A stretch of 64,000 bases of DNA, from contig CAVTJJ010000002.1 in NCBI GenBank assembly GCA_963735035.1, positions 32,001 to 96,000 on the forward strand, in the 5' to 3' direction. This document shows positions 49,986-58,363 of the stretch, in pieces (the first letter of the stretch is position 1; each line of letters begins with the position of its first letter). The position numbers and the translations under genes were made by a program. The stretch comes from an uncultured candidate division Zixibacteria bacterium. GTDB taxonomy: Bacteria; Zixibacteria; MSB-5A5; GN15; FEB-12. The notes below the pieces were generated by a model. That model did not search any database. It had not been told where the DNA came from and saw only the letters and a program-made list of their open reading frames with translations.

Positions 49986-50769
49986 GACCTTGGCCGATCT
50001 GAAAAAAGCCAACCGGAAGGCCCTGATGCCGTTTATCACAGCGGGCTTTCCGAGCCAGGAGCGCTTTGCGGCAGCTGTCGATGCTATCTGCGAGTCCGGC
50101 GCCGACATCATCGAGATCGGCTTCCCTCATTCCGATCCGCTCGCCGACGGCCCCGTGATCCAGCATTCGTCGCACCGGGCCATCAACCAGGGCTTTACTG
50201 TTGCCAAGGGATTTGCAGCCATCAAATCGATTACGACACGTCACACGCTTCCTGTAGTGATAATGTGCTACAGCAACCTTATCGAAAAGGCTGGTCCCGC
50301 CCGATTCCTCAAATCGTGTCTAGATTCGGGTGTGAGCGGCTTGATCGTCCCCGACATGACTGTGGAAGAAAGCTCCCTGCTACGGAAGCTCTGCTCCGAC
50401 GCCGGTATCGCTTTCATTAATCTAATCGCACCCACTACCCCGCCAAAACGAGCCGCAACCATAGCCGCATCAGGGTCGGGGTTCCTCTATTTCGTGAGTG
50501 TGGTCGGCACCACCGGACCGAGAGCGCGCTTCGACAAGTCCATCGAGCGCCGGATACGACAACTACGAAGCCACACCGCTCTGCCGATATGTATCGGCTT
50601 TGGCATCTCATCCTCGGAAACCGCAGCCGAAGCTGCCCGATATTCCGACGGGGTCATTATCGGGAGCAAAGTCATCCAGCTCATTGACTCCGACGGCGAC
50701 AACGATCATTTCCCCCACCTCAGAACGTTCCTGCTTGAGGTGGCAACCACATTAGGAGGCAAACAATGA
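49966..50769 (+). CDS. trpA: Tryptophan synthase alpha chain
   Basis: EIGFPHSDPLADGPVIQ, APTT, GFGIS, DGVIIGS. Confidence 0.97.
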   Translation: MNDKLNKTLADLKKANRKALMPFITAGFPSQERFAAAVDAICESGADIIEIGFPHSDPLADGPVIQHSSHRAINQGFTVAKGFAAIKSITTRHTLPVVIMCYSNLIEKAGPARFLKSCLDSGVSGLIVPDMTVEESSLLRKLCSDAGIAFINLIAPTTPPKRAATIAASGSGFLYFVSVVGTTGPRARFDKSIERRIRQLRSHTALPICIGFGISSSETAAEAARYSDGVIIGSKVIQLIDSDGDNDHFPHLRTFLLEVATTLGGKQ

Positions 50770-51134
50770 TGCGAGGCATTCGCGGCGCCATTTGCGCTGA
50801 GGCCAATACGCGCGAAGCTGTCTTCGGAGCGACCAGAACACTCCTGACCACGATGATTGAGCGCAACGAGATCGACATTGAACGCATCGCCTCAATCTTT
50901 CTAACGGCGACTCCCGATCTGACAGCCGAGTTTCCCGCCTATGCGGTTCGTGATATTGGGCTGTCGATGGTACCTCTACTGTGCGCCTCAGAAATAAACG
51001 TGCCCGGAGCTATGAAGTCTGTTATTCGCATTTTGATACACGTGGACATCGACAAAAGCCAGGCCCAGATCAAACATTGCTACCTGGGCGAGGCCGCTCG
51101 TTTGCGGCCCGACCTGGCCGGAGGAGTGAAATGA
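50766..51134 (+). CDS. aroH: AroH-type chorismate mutase
   Basis: RGIRGAI, TPDLTAEFPA, EINVPG, YLGEAARLRPD. Confidence 0.93.
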   Translation: MMRGIRGAICAEANTREAVFGATRTLLTTMIERNEIDIERIASIFLTATPDLTAEFPAYAVRDIGLSMVPLLCASEINVPGAMKSVIRILIHVDIDKSQAQIKHCYLGEAARLRPDLAGGVK

Positions 51135-52147
51135 TGATTATCGTACTCAAGAAGGGTTCATCCGTCAAGGATATGGCCGGCGTTATAAGACACATCGAAA
51201 GTCTGGGACTCAAACCGCACATCTCGGAAGGCGAGGAAAAAACGATCATCGGGGCGATTGGTGACGAACGCGTAATCGACAAGGAGAAGCTCCTCGCCCT
51301 GGACGGTGTCGAAGCTCTCATCCCCATTCTCAAGCCCTACAAATTGGCATCCAGAGAATTCAAACCCGACTCGACCCTTGTCAGTGTGAATGGAACCAAA
51401 ATCGGCAACGGCTCCGTGGTTGTGATGGCCGGACCCTGCGCCGTGGAAAGTTACGACCAGGTGCTCGAAGCGGCCATACGGGCTAAAGCGGCCGGCGCGA
51501 AGATCCTGCGCGGCGGCGCGTTCAAGCCACGTACTTCCCCGTACGCTTTTCAGGGACTCGGCAAAGCCGGACTTGAGATTCTCGCTCGCGTGCGCGATAA
51601 AGTCGGACTCCCGGTCGTATCCGAATGTCTGTCCCAGGATGATGTATCGCTTCTATCCGAGTATGTGGACATCATTCAGGTCGGCGCCCGCAACATGCAG
51701 AATTTCGCCATGCTGGAACAGGTGGGCAAACAATCCCGACCAGTACTCTTGAAGCGCGGCATGATGTCAACCATCGAAGAACTACTCATGTCGGCCGAAT
51801 ATATCCTGGCCAACGGCAACTATAACGTCATTCTATGTGAGCGTGGTATCCGCACTTTCGAGAAGCTCACTCGAAATACCTGCGACATCACCGCTGTCCC
51901 TCTGCTTAAGTCACTGACTCATCTCCCGGTAATCGTAGATCCTTCTCACGCGACCGGAAGCCGATCGTTGACTACGCCGGTTTCTCTGGCCGCGGTAGCG
52001 GCCGGGGCTGACGGATTGATTATCGAGATACATCCCAATCCCGAGAAGGCGCTGTGCGACGGCCATCAATCACTCTACCTCGACCAGTTCGACGAACTCA
52101 TGAAACAAGTCCGCACTGTCGCCCAGGCGGTCGGTAAGGCGGTATGA
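51131..52147 (+). CDS. aroF: DAHP synthase (type I-beta with N-terminal regulatory domain)
   Basis: AGPCAVE, RGGAFKPRTSPY, GARNMQNF, LCERGIRTF, DPSHATG; ATG 51131 after GGAG. Confidence 0.95.
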   Translation: MMIIVLKKGSSVKDMAGVIRHIESLGLKPHISEGEEKTIIGAIGDERVIDKEKLLALDGVEALIPILKPYKLASREFKPDSTLVSVNGTKIGNGSVVVMAGPCAVESYDQVLEAAIRAKAAGAKILRGGAFKPRTSPYAFQGLGKAGLEILARVRDKVGLPVVSECLSQDDVSLLSEYVDIIQVGARNMQNFAMLEQVGKQSRPVLLKRGMMSTIEELLMSAEYILANGNYNVILCERGIRTFEKLTRNTCDITAVPLLKSLTHLPVIVDPSHATGSRSLTTPVSLAAVAAGADGLIIEIHPNPEKALCDGHQSLYLDQFDELMKQVRTVAQAVGKAV

Positions 52148-52981
52148 TGTCGTTGTCGGCCCTCAGAATCGGTATTGTCGGCCTCGGACAGATCGGCGGA
52201 TCTATTGCGACCAGGCTTAGTATGATGAAAGAGCCACCGGCAATTCTCGGCTTTGACCTGAGGCCGGACCTGCTGCATGCGGCTCAGGAACGACACATAA
52301 TCGCCCGTATCGCCAGATCAGAAGCCGAACTGGTCAGAGACAGCGATCTCATTGTGATAGCCCTGCCGATTGGGGAAATTCTCGCCTTCTTGAGAAGACA
52401 GCAGGAAGGTCTAAGACAGAAAGTCGCAGTTACCGATACCGGATCACTCAAGCTGGCAATCACACATCTCGCCGCTGAACTTGGTATGAACAACTTTGTC
52501 GGCGGCCACCCGCTCGCCGGAACAGAGAAACGCGGCATTGCCTCATGGAGCGCCACGCTCTTCGAAGATGCGAATTACTTTCTCGCATGCGGAGCCGATG
52601 CTGACAGAAATGCTCTCAGAGTGGTAACAGACCTGGTTGGTGTCCTGGGAGCCAAGGCGCTTCCAGTCGATCCGGAGCGGCACGACCGTATCTTCGCCTT
52701 TACCAGCGGTCTTCCCCATATCATGGCTTATTCTCTGATGCGTACGTTCGAGACAATCCCCGATGGTATTCCCGACAAAGCTCTCTTCAGTGCGCCCAGC
52801 TTCAACGGTGCAACTCGTGTGACCAGCTCAGACCCTGAGATGGTATTTCAAGCGCTCTGGAATAATCAGCAGCAATCTCTCCACCGGGCTGGAGTCGTTG
52901 CTTGAGTGCCTGAATGCTGCCAAGAAAGCCCTGGACGACAACGACCCGCAGAGCTTCCGGCGACTGCTCGGACTCCTATAA
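52144..52981 (+). CDS. tyrA: Prephenate dehydrogenase, apparent +1 frameshift near 52868
   Basis: GLGQIGGS, TDTGSLK, GGHPLAGTE, HD...TS. The +1 frame continues NLSTGLESLLECLNAAKKALDDNDPQSFRRLLGLL-TAA (52981), a plausible C-terminal helical region. Confidence 0.85.
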
Positions 52982-53074
52982 GAAATCGCTCGATCAGCGT
53001 CGTATCAACCGAGAGAGTGTGCCCCGCTAAATACTTGGCGGAGCCCCGGGGCGATTCCGTATATTATCAGCGTT

Positions 53075-53821
53075 ATGAATACCACGCCGGTCCTGCTAAT
53101 TGAAGGTCTCACGAAGCGGTACGGTTCTGTCCGGGCCGTCAACGGAATCTCATTTGCCATACAACCCGGCGAGATTCTGGGTCTGCTCGGTCCCAACGGA
53201 GCCGGCAAATCCACGACCATCAACATGATCCTGGGTATTCTGCGGCCGACCTCCGGAACCATTGAGGTTTTCGGGAAGGACGCCGCAATCGATCGCGCTG
53301 AAATCAGCCAGAACATCAATTTCGCTGCCGTCTATGCCCACCTTCCCCTCAATCTGACCGTTCGCCAGAATCTGCGTATATTCGGTCTGCTGTACAACGT
53401 CAAACCGCTGCAAGAGCGTATTTCGACCCTGCTGCGCGAGTTCGAACTGGAGCAATTCGCCGACACCCGAGCGGGATTGCTGTCGTCAGGAGAGTTGAGT
53501 CGACTCAGCCTGGCGAAGGCGATTGTGAACAATCCCCGTCTGCTGCTCCTCGACGAACCCACTGCGTCGCTCGACCCCAGCATTGCCGGCTTCATCCGGG
53601 AATCAATCAAGGACTACGTGGCGCGAACCAGGACAGCGGTCCTGTGGACTTCGCACAACATGCGCGAGATCGAGGCAGTCTGCGACCGCGTGCTGTTCCT
53701 TTCGCATGGAAGCATTCTTCTTTCGGGCAATCCGCAAACGCTCCCGGGCGAATACGGGAAGAGTGACCTGGAAGAGTTGTTCATCACGGTAGCCCGCGAG
53801 CCGTTGTCGCTGAGAGAATAG
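53075..53821 (+). CDS. ABC-2 type transporter ATP-binding protein
   Basis: GPNGAGKST, LSSGE, LLLDEPT. Confidence 0.93.
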   Translation: MNTTPVLLIEGLTKRYGSVRAVNGISFAIQPGEILGLLGPNGAGKSTTINMILGILRPTSGTIEVFGKDAAIDRAEISQNINFAAVYAHLPLNLTVRQNLRIFGLLYNVKPLQERISTLLREFELEQFADTRAGLLSSGELSRLSLAKAIVNNPRLLLLDEPTASLDPSIAGFIRESIKDYVARTRTAVLWTSHNMREIEAVCDRVLFLSHGSILLSGNPQTLPGEYGKSDLEELFITVAREPLSLRE

Positions 53822-53824
53822 GCT

Positions 53825-54631
53825 ATGATAGCGTCACGTACCTACGCCGTCTTTCTCCGTCAGCTCTATCTCTACCGGGGCAATCTGACTCGTCCGGCCA
53901 GTGTCTTCATCTGGCTCCTTATCGATATCATTCAGTGGGGCTTCATCAGCAAATTTCTCGGCGTAATTGGACATACGACTTTCGATTTCCTGAGCGCCAT
54001 TCTGGGAGCGATCGTCCTGTGGGGATTCTTCAACCGAATTCAACAGGGGATGATGACCAGCTTTCTCGAAGATGTCTGGAGTCTGAACTTTGTCAATTTC
54101 TTCGCCTCCCCTCTCAGAATATCCGAATACCTGAGCGGCATGGCTTTGACAAGTATTGTCACGGGCATGGCCGGTTTCATTCTGGGAGTTCTTCTCGCCG
54201 CGGTGGCTTTTGGCTTCGACATTCTCAAGATAGGCCTGCTGTTGATTCCGTTTATGGGGATACTGTTCCTTTTCGCGCTGGCGATGGGGATCTTCGTGTC
54301 CGGCGTGATCTTTCGATTCGGCCCCACCGCCGAGTGGCTCGGCTGGCCGATTCCGCTGGTTCTGTCGATCTTCTCCGGCGTCTACTACCCGATCGCCACT
54401 CTACCGCTCGCACTTCGCATGGTCGCCAAAGCTATCCCCGCCTCGTATGTCTTCGAGAGCTTGCGAAGCCTGATCCAAACGGGCAAGTTCTCGGCTGACC
54501 TCGGTGTGAATCTGCTGATCGGCGGCGGGCTCGCGTTATTGTACGTCGGCGCGGCGTATCTATTCTTCATCCGCGTCTATCGCCGCAATCTGGAAACAGG
54601 CGCGATCGCACATTACAGCGCCGAATCTTAG
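53825..54631 (+). CDS. ABC-2 type transporter permease
   Basis: Six-TM pattern, SGVYYPIATLP, PASYVFESLR. Confidence 0.9.
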   Translation: MIASRTYAVFLRQLYLYRGNLTRPASVFIWLLIDIIQWGFISKFLGVIGHTTFDFLSAILGAIVLWGFFNRIQQGMMTSFLEDVWSLNFVNFFASPLRISEYLSGMALTSIVTGMAGFILGVLLAAVAFGFDILKIGLLLIPFMGILFLFALAMGIFVSGVIFRFGPTAEWLGWPIPLVLSIFSGVYYPIATLPLALRMVAKAIPASYVFESLRSLIQTGKFSADLGVNLLIGGGLALLYVGAAYLFFIRVYRRNLETGAIAHYSAES

Positions 54632-54653
54632 TATAATTCTGAAGGTGTAGAGC

Positions 54654-55586
54654 ATGACTAACGAGAACGACGGACTATCGCACCACGGCATCGATGATTC
54701 CTCGACAAAGAGCTTTGACAATGATACTCTTCGCCTGCTGCTCAACCGGTCCAGTTGTCGGAGCTTTGAGGATCGAACGATACCCGAAGATATTCTCACG
54801 ACTGTCCTCGAAGGCGGGACCCGCGCCGCGACAGGCGGTAATCTTCAGCCATATTCCATAATTGAAATCAGGAATCCGGAGACCAGGAAGCGTCTGGCCG
54901 AGCTGAACGAGGATCAGAGCTTTATCGAGACCGCCCCGGTCGACCTGGTATTCTGCATAGATTGGCGACGACTGAGCCGGTGGGCCGCACTCGAACGCGC
55001 GCCCTTTACTGCGGACAAATCCTTCCGCCATTTCTGGATCTCGTTTCAAGATACGATTATCGCCGCGCAGAACATATGCACGGCGGCCGACGCACTCGGC
55101 CTGGGCTCCGTGTATGTTGGCACGATTATCGACCGGCTACGAGAACATCGACAAATTCTTCAACTACCCCGTGGCGTCTTCCCGGTCGTATTGCTTTCAC
55201 TTGGATATCCCAAGTTCCGACCGGCCACCAAGAGGAAACTCGGCCCGGACAGTATCGTTCATCGGGAGGTGTACCGCGATGCCTCGGATGAGGACTTGCG
55301 ACGGATGTTCGAGGAAAAGTACCCCGCGTGGCGCAAGGAGACTACTCCCGAACGCCTGGAAGAGATCGCACAAGTCTGCCGGTTGGTCGGCGGCGAACGA
55401 CTTGCGCGCGAGTGTTTGAAGCGGATCGATGAAAACGGCTACATCAACGCCGCCCAGAACTACTTTGGACTGCACTATCGCGCCGATTTGATGCCGCAGG
55501 GGAACGAAGAGTATCTCTCACTTATGAAGGAGTTCGGGTTCGCCTGGTTTGTAAAGTATACCCCACCCGGAGGTAGCGAATCATAG
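54654..55586 (+). CDS. Nitroreductase / NADPH-flavin reductase (NfsA-like)
   Basis: RSSCRSF, ATGGNLQPYSII, GLGSVYVG, LSLGYP. Confidence 0.9.
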   Translation: MTNENDGLSHHGIDDSSTKSFDNDTLRLLLNRSSCRSFEDRTIPEDILTTVLEGGTRAATGGNLQPYSIIEIRNPETRKRLAELNEDQSFIETAPVDLVFCIDWRRLSRWAALERAPFTADKSFRHFWISFQDTIIAAQNICTAADALGLGSVYVGTIIDRLREHRQILQLPRGVFPVVLLSLGYPKFRPATKRKLGPDSIVHREVYRDASDEDLRRMFEEKYPAWRKETTPERLEEIAQVCRLVGGERLARECLKRIDENGYINAAQNYFGLHYRADLMPQGNEEYLSLMKEFGFAWFVKYTPPGGSES

Positions 55587-55760
55587 CAGCGATAATGGAT
55601 TGTGTGCCTGTGTCTTGGAAAACAAACGGTAGAGAACTCTTCCATAACCAGTACGCATTGCCCTGTAATAGAAATAGCCCGGCGCTGCAGGTGCAACACC
55701 GGGCCATTGTGCCTCAGTCAGCAATAGTGCCGACTGAGCCATCCTCCCTCATCTCACAGT

Positions 55761-58187
55761 TTACTTCATCAATATCATCTTCTTCGTTTCCACGAAGTCA
55801 CCGGCGGTCAGGCGGTACATGTAGACACCGCTGGCCTGCGCGATTGCGTCCCAGGTGATACTGTGTTGACCTGCTTCGAGTCGCTGCTCGACAAGCGTAG
55901 CGACCTTCTGGCCGAGCACGTTGAATACTTCCAGACGTACATCGGCCGCCACCGGCAATGCGAACGTAATTTCCGTCACCGGGTTGAACGGGTTCGGGTA
56001 GTTCTGGGCAAGACCGAAGGTGATCGGAAGTGTCTCGGCTATCAGGTCACCGCCGAGCAGCACTACCGACTCGCTCAACTGATTGTCAACAACCACACCA
56101 GAGATGAGCGTGTACTCTCCAGCCAGTTGAACAACTTCAGTCACCCCGGCACTAACGGTCTGACCACCGTCGACATCAATCATCCCCAGGCGGACAAGAT
56201 CACCGGTCTGTCCGTAGAATTGGTTCAGCTTGTCGTTGACCAGATTGACTGGCGACGCGTTCTCAGGTCCACTTAATTCCACTTGCAGACCCCGGAGAGC
56301 TACCGGGGAGTTGACACTGATTGTAGTCACACCGTTTTCGAATGTCGACTGCAGTGAGACTCCTGCGAAAGAACTCTTGAGAGCGGGTCCGCCCTGGTTT
56401 ATGCAACCGCACTGCAGTGGCACTGCTCCACTGACAAACAGGGTATCGATCAGTAGGGCCACGTCACTGATGGTGGCATCTGCGCCACAACTACCATTCA
56501 CGTCGGTAGCGTTGAGGTTACACAACCTCACACCACTGATGAATAAGTGATCGATCAACTTCGAAATGTCACCGATAGTAACATCTCCGTCGTTGTTTGC
56601 ATCGCCGGGGCGGTAACCAAGGATCTCGGTCGAGTCACGGCCGAAATCGAAGGTCGGCACGAATCCCTGGAAATTGATATCAGCAAACTCCAGCCTGCGA
56701 CCTGCCGAAGCTGATAACGCGGTATCCCAGTGAATATAGTAGCTATCTCTGCATGAGCGCGGCGCAATGTATTCAATATTGAACAAGGTGGTTGCTCCGA
56801 CTGGAATGCGCTGCCCAAGAGTGTTCGCCAGCCCAACTGTCAGAAAACCGGAATCCGCTTTGATCGTTGTGACTTTGTAGTCCCAGCTCTCAGTGATTAG
56901 GCCCGTGAAGGATACATCGCACACCTCGACGCCGTCAGGAATCTTGAGCGATACGGTGGCGGCGACCGCTTCCTGGGCTAGATCGCAGGCGACCGGTTGA
57001 ACGGCATATCCTTGGGCGGGACCAGGTTGACCAAACTCGCATGAGTCGCAGGGCCGAGCCGCCAGTGACGGAACTGATAAAGAAGAGGGCAACACAAAAG
57101 GGGCGACGCAGATGTCGTCAACTGCAAATACTGCGTCGCTTGAAGTCGCGTATCCATGTAGCTGAACGTCGATTGACGCCGGACCACTCACGGATGCCGT
57201 GACAGTTCCCTCTACGAGGTGCCACTCAGATGAAATTGGCAAGAGGAACGGGGCTACCCGAGGGTTGGAACCTCCATCTAGTAGATTAATGTCCAAGATG
57301 GATGCGTCGGGGTCCGACGTATCATGTGTGTATTGCTCGCGGATCCAAAAGGTCACGTGATACATGACACCCGCTTCCACATTGAACTGCCCGGAAGTAC
57401 TCCGCATGGAGGCATCATAGTATCCTGCTCCTGACGGAAACGTGAAAGCGGCACAGGTTTGTCCCGAATGTGGGTTGAAGGTCATGGCCGTCCATCCGCT
57501 GGGATACTGGTAAGCGGTCCAGTTCACAAGTCCGCCTTCAAAACCGTCACAAAACTCCTCTTCTGAGCTGATAGAGATGTAGTCCATATCGCAAATGGCG
57601 TCCCAGTTCTGAACAAAGCGAAGTTTGACAAGTAGATCGGGGATTGACCAGCTCTTTGATACTATCAGTGCAAAATCGGGATCAGAATCGCTCTTAGCCC
57701 ATAGTTCACCGCCGTCGGGACGGATCACCACTCTAATTGTTGTCCACTGATTTTCTGTAGTCGGGCCATTTGTATGGACATCTGTCCACTCATTCCCGAA
57801 TCGCCAGCCGTAACCCGCGCCTGGGAGATACGTAATATAGTCGTAGTCGGCTTCGCTGTCTGTCGCACCCCAGAATACTCCGAGGGTTGGCAAAGTATAG
57901 TTCCAGCCACCGCTTATTAGTCTGGACCGGGTCTCTATAGTAATGGGGAGCCCAAGTTCAAGAAGCTTGTCAGCGCAGCCGCTGTAGGACCCATCTGATC
58001 CGATGTGGAGCCAGCCGTTTACAGTATCTACATAGATTGAATCGTCGCTGGCTATCCATCCCCCGGAGCCGATGACATCGGTACTGAAATCTTCGAAGTA
58101 GACTATATCTGCCTCAGACCGTTGTGCCATAACGGCCGTAAGGAAGAATGCGACAATGATCCAACACGCCCTTCTCAGAGTGTTCAT
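55761..58187 (-). CDS. Secreted multidomain protein: beta-sandwich/CBM-like domains, possible cohesin-like domain, dockerin-like domain and C-terminal sorting (T9SS-like) domain
   Basis: Signal peptide; GDANNDGDVTIGDISKLIDHLF and DVNG...TISDVALLIDTLF repeats; LAQNYPNPFNPVTEITFALP...ASGVYMYRL...KKMILMK. Confidence 0.85.
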   Translation of the reverse strand: MNTLRRACWIIVAFFLTAVMAQRSEADIVYFEDFSTDVIGSGGWIASDDSIYVDTVNGWLHIGSDGSYSGCADKLLELGLPITIETRSRLISGGWNYTLPTLGVFWGATDSEADYDYITYLPGAGYGWRFGNEWTDVHTNGPTTENQWTTIRVVIRPDGGELWAKSDSDPDFALIVSKSWSIPDLLVKLRFVQNWDAICDMDYISISSEEEFCDGFEGGLVNWTAYQYPSGWTAMTFNPHSGQTCAAFTFPSGAGYYDASMRSTSGQFNVEAGVMYHVTFWIREQYTHDTSDPDASILDINLLDGGSNPRVAPFLLPISSEWHLVEGTVTASVSGPASIDVQLHGYATSSDAVFAVDDICVAPFVLPSSLSVPSLAARPCDSCEFGQPGPAQGYAVQPVACDLAQEAVAATVSLKIPDGVEVCDVSFTGLITESWDYKVTTIKADSGFLTVGLANTLGQRIPVGATTLFNIEYIAPRSCRDSYYIHWDTALSASAGRRLEFADINFQGFVPTFDFGRDSTEILGYRPGDANNDGDVTIGDISKLIDHLFISGVRLCNLNATDVNGSCGADATISDVALLIDTLFVSGAVPLQCGCINQGGPALKSSFAGVSLQSTFENGVTTISVNSPVALRGLQVELSGPENASPVNLVNDKLNQFYGQTGDLVRLGMIDVDGGQTVSAGVTEVVQLAGEYTLISGVVVDNQLSESVVLLGGDLIAETLPITFGLAQNYPNPFNPVTEITFALPVAADVRLEVFNVLGQKVATLVEQRLEAGQHSITWDAIAQASGVYMYRLTAGDFVETKKMILMK

Positions 58188-58363
58188 TTGAGCCTCCATA
58201 ACACTGAATGACCTTGTATCGCCATGTCCATCCTTACGCTAATTGGAAGGCTTGGAATGACGACTCGTTCTAATTCTCTAGTAGAGTCCGAAAGGGGGAA
58301 TTGTAGAAGACAATGTGCTGGTTATCGGAATTCTATCGGGGGCAGACAATAGAGAAAGACGAC

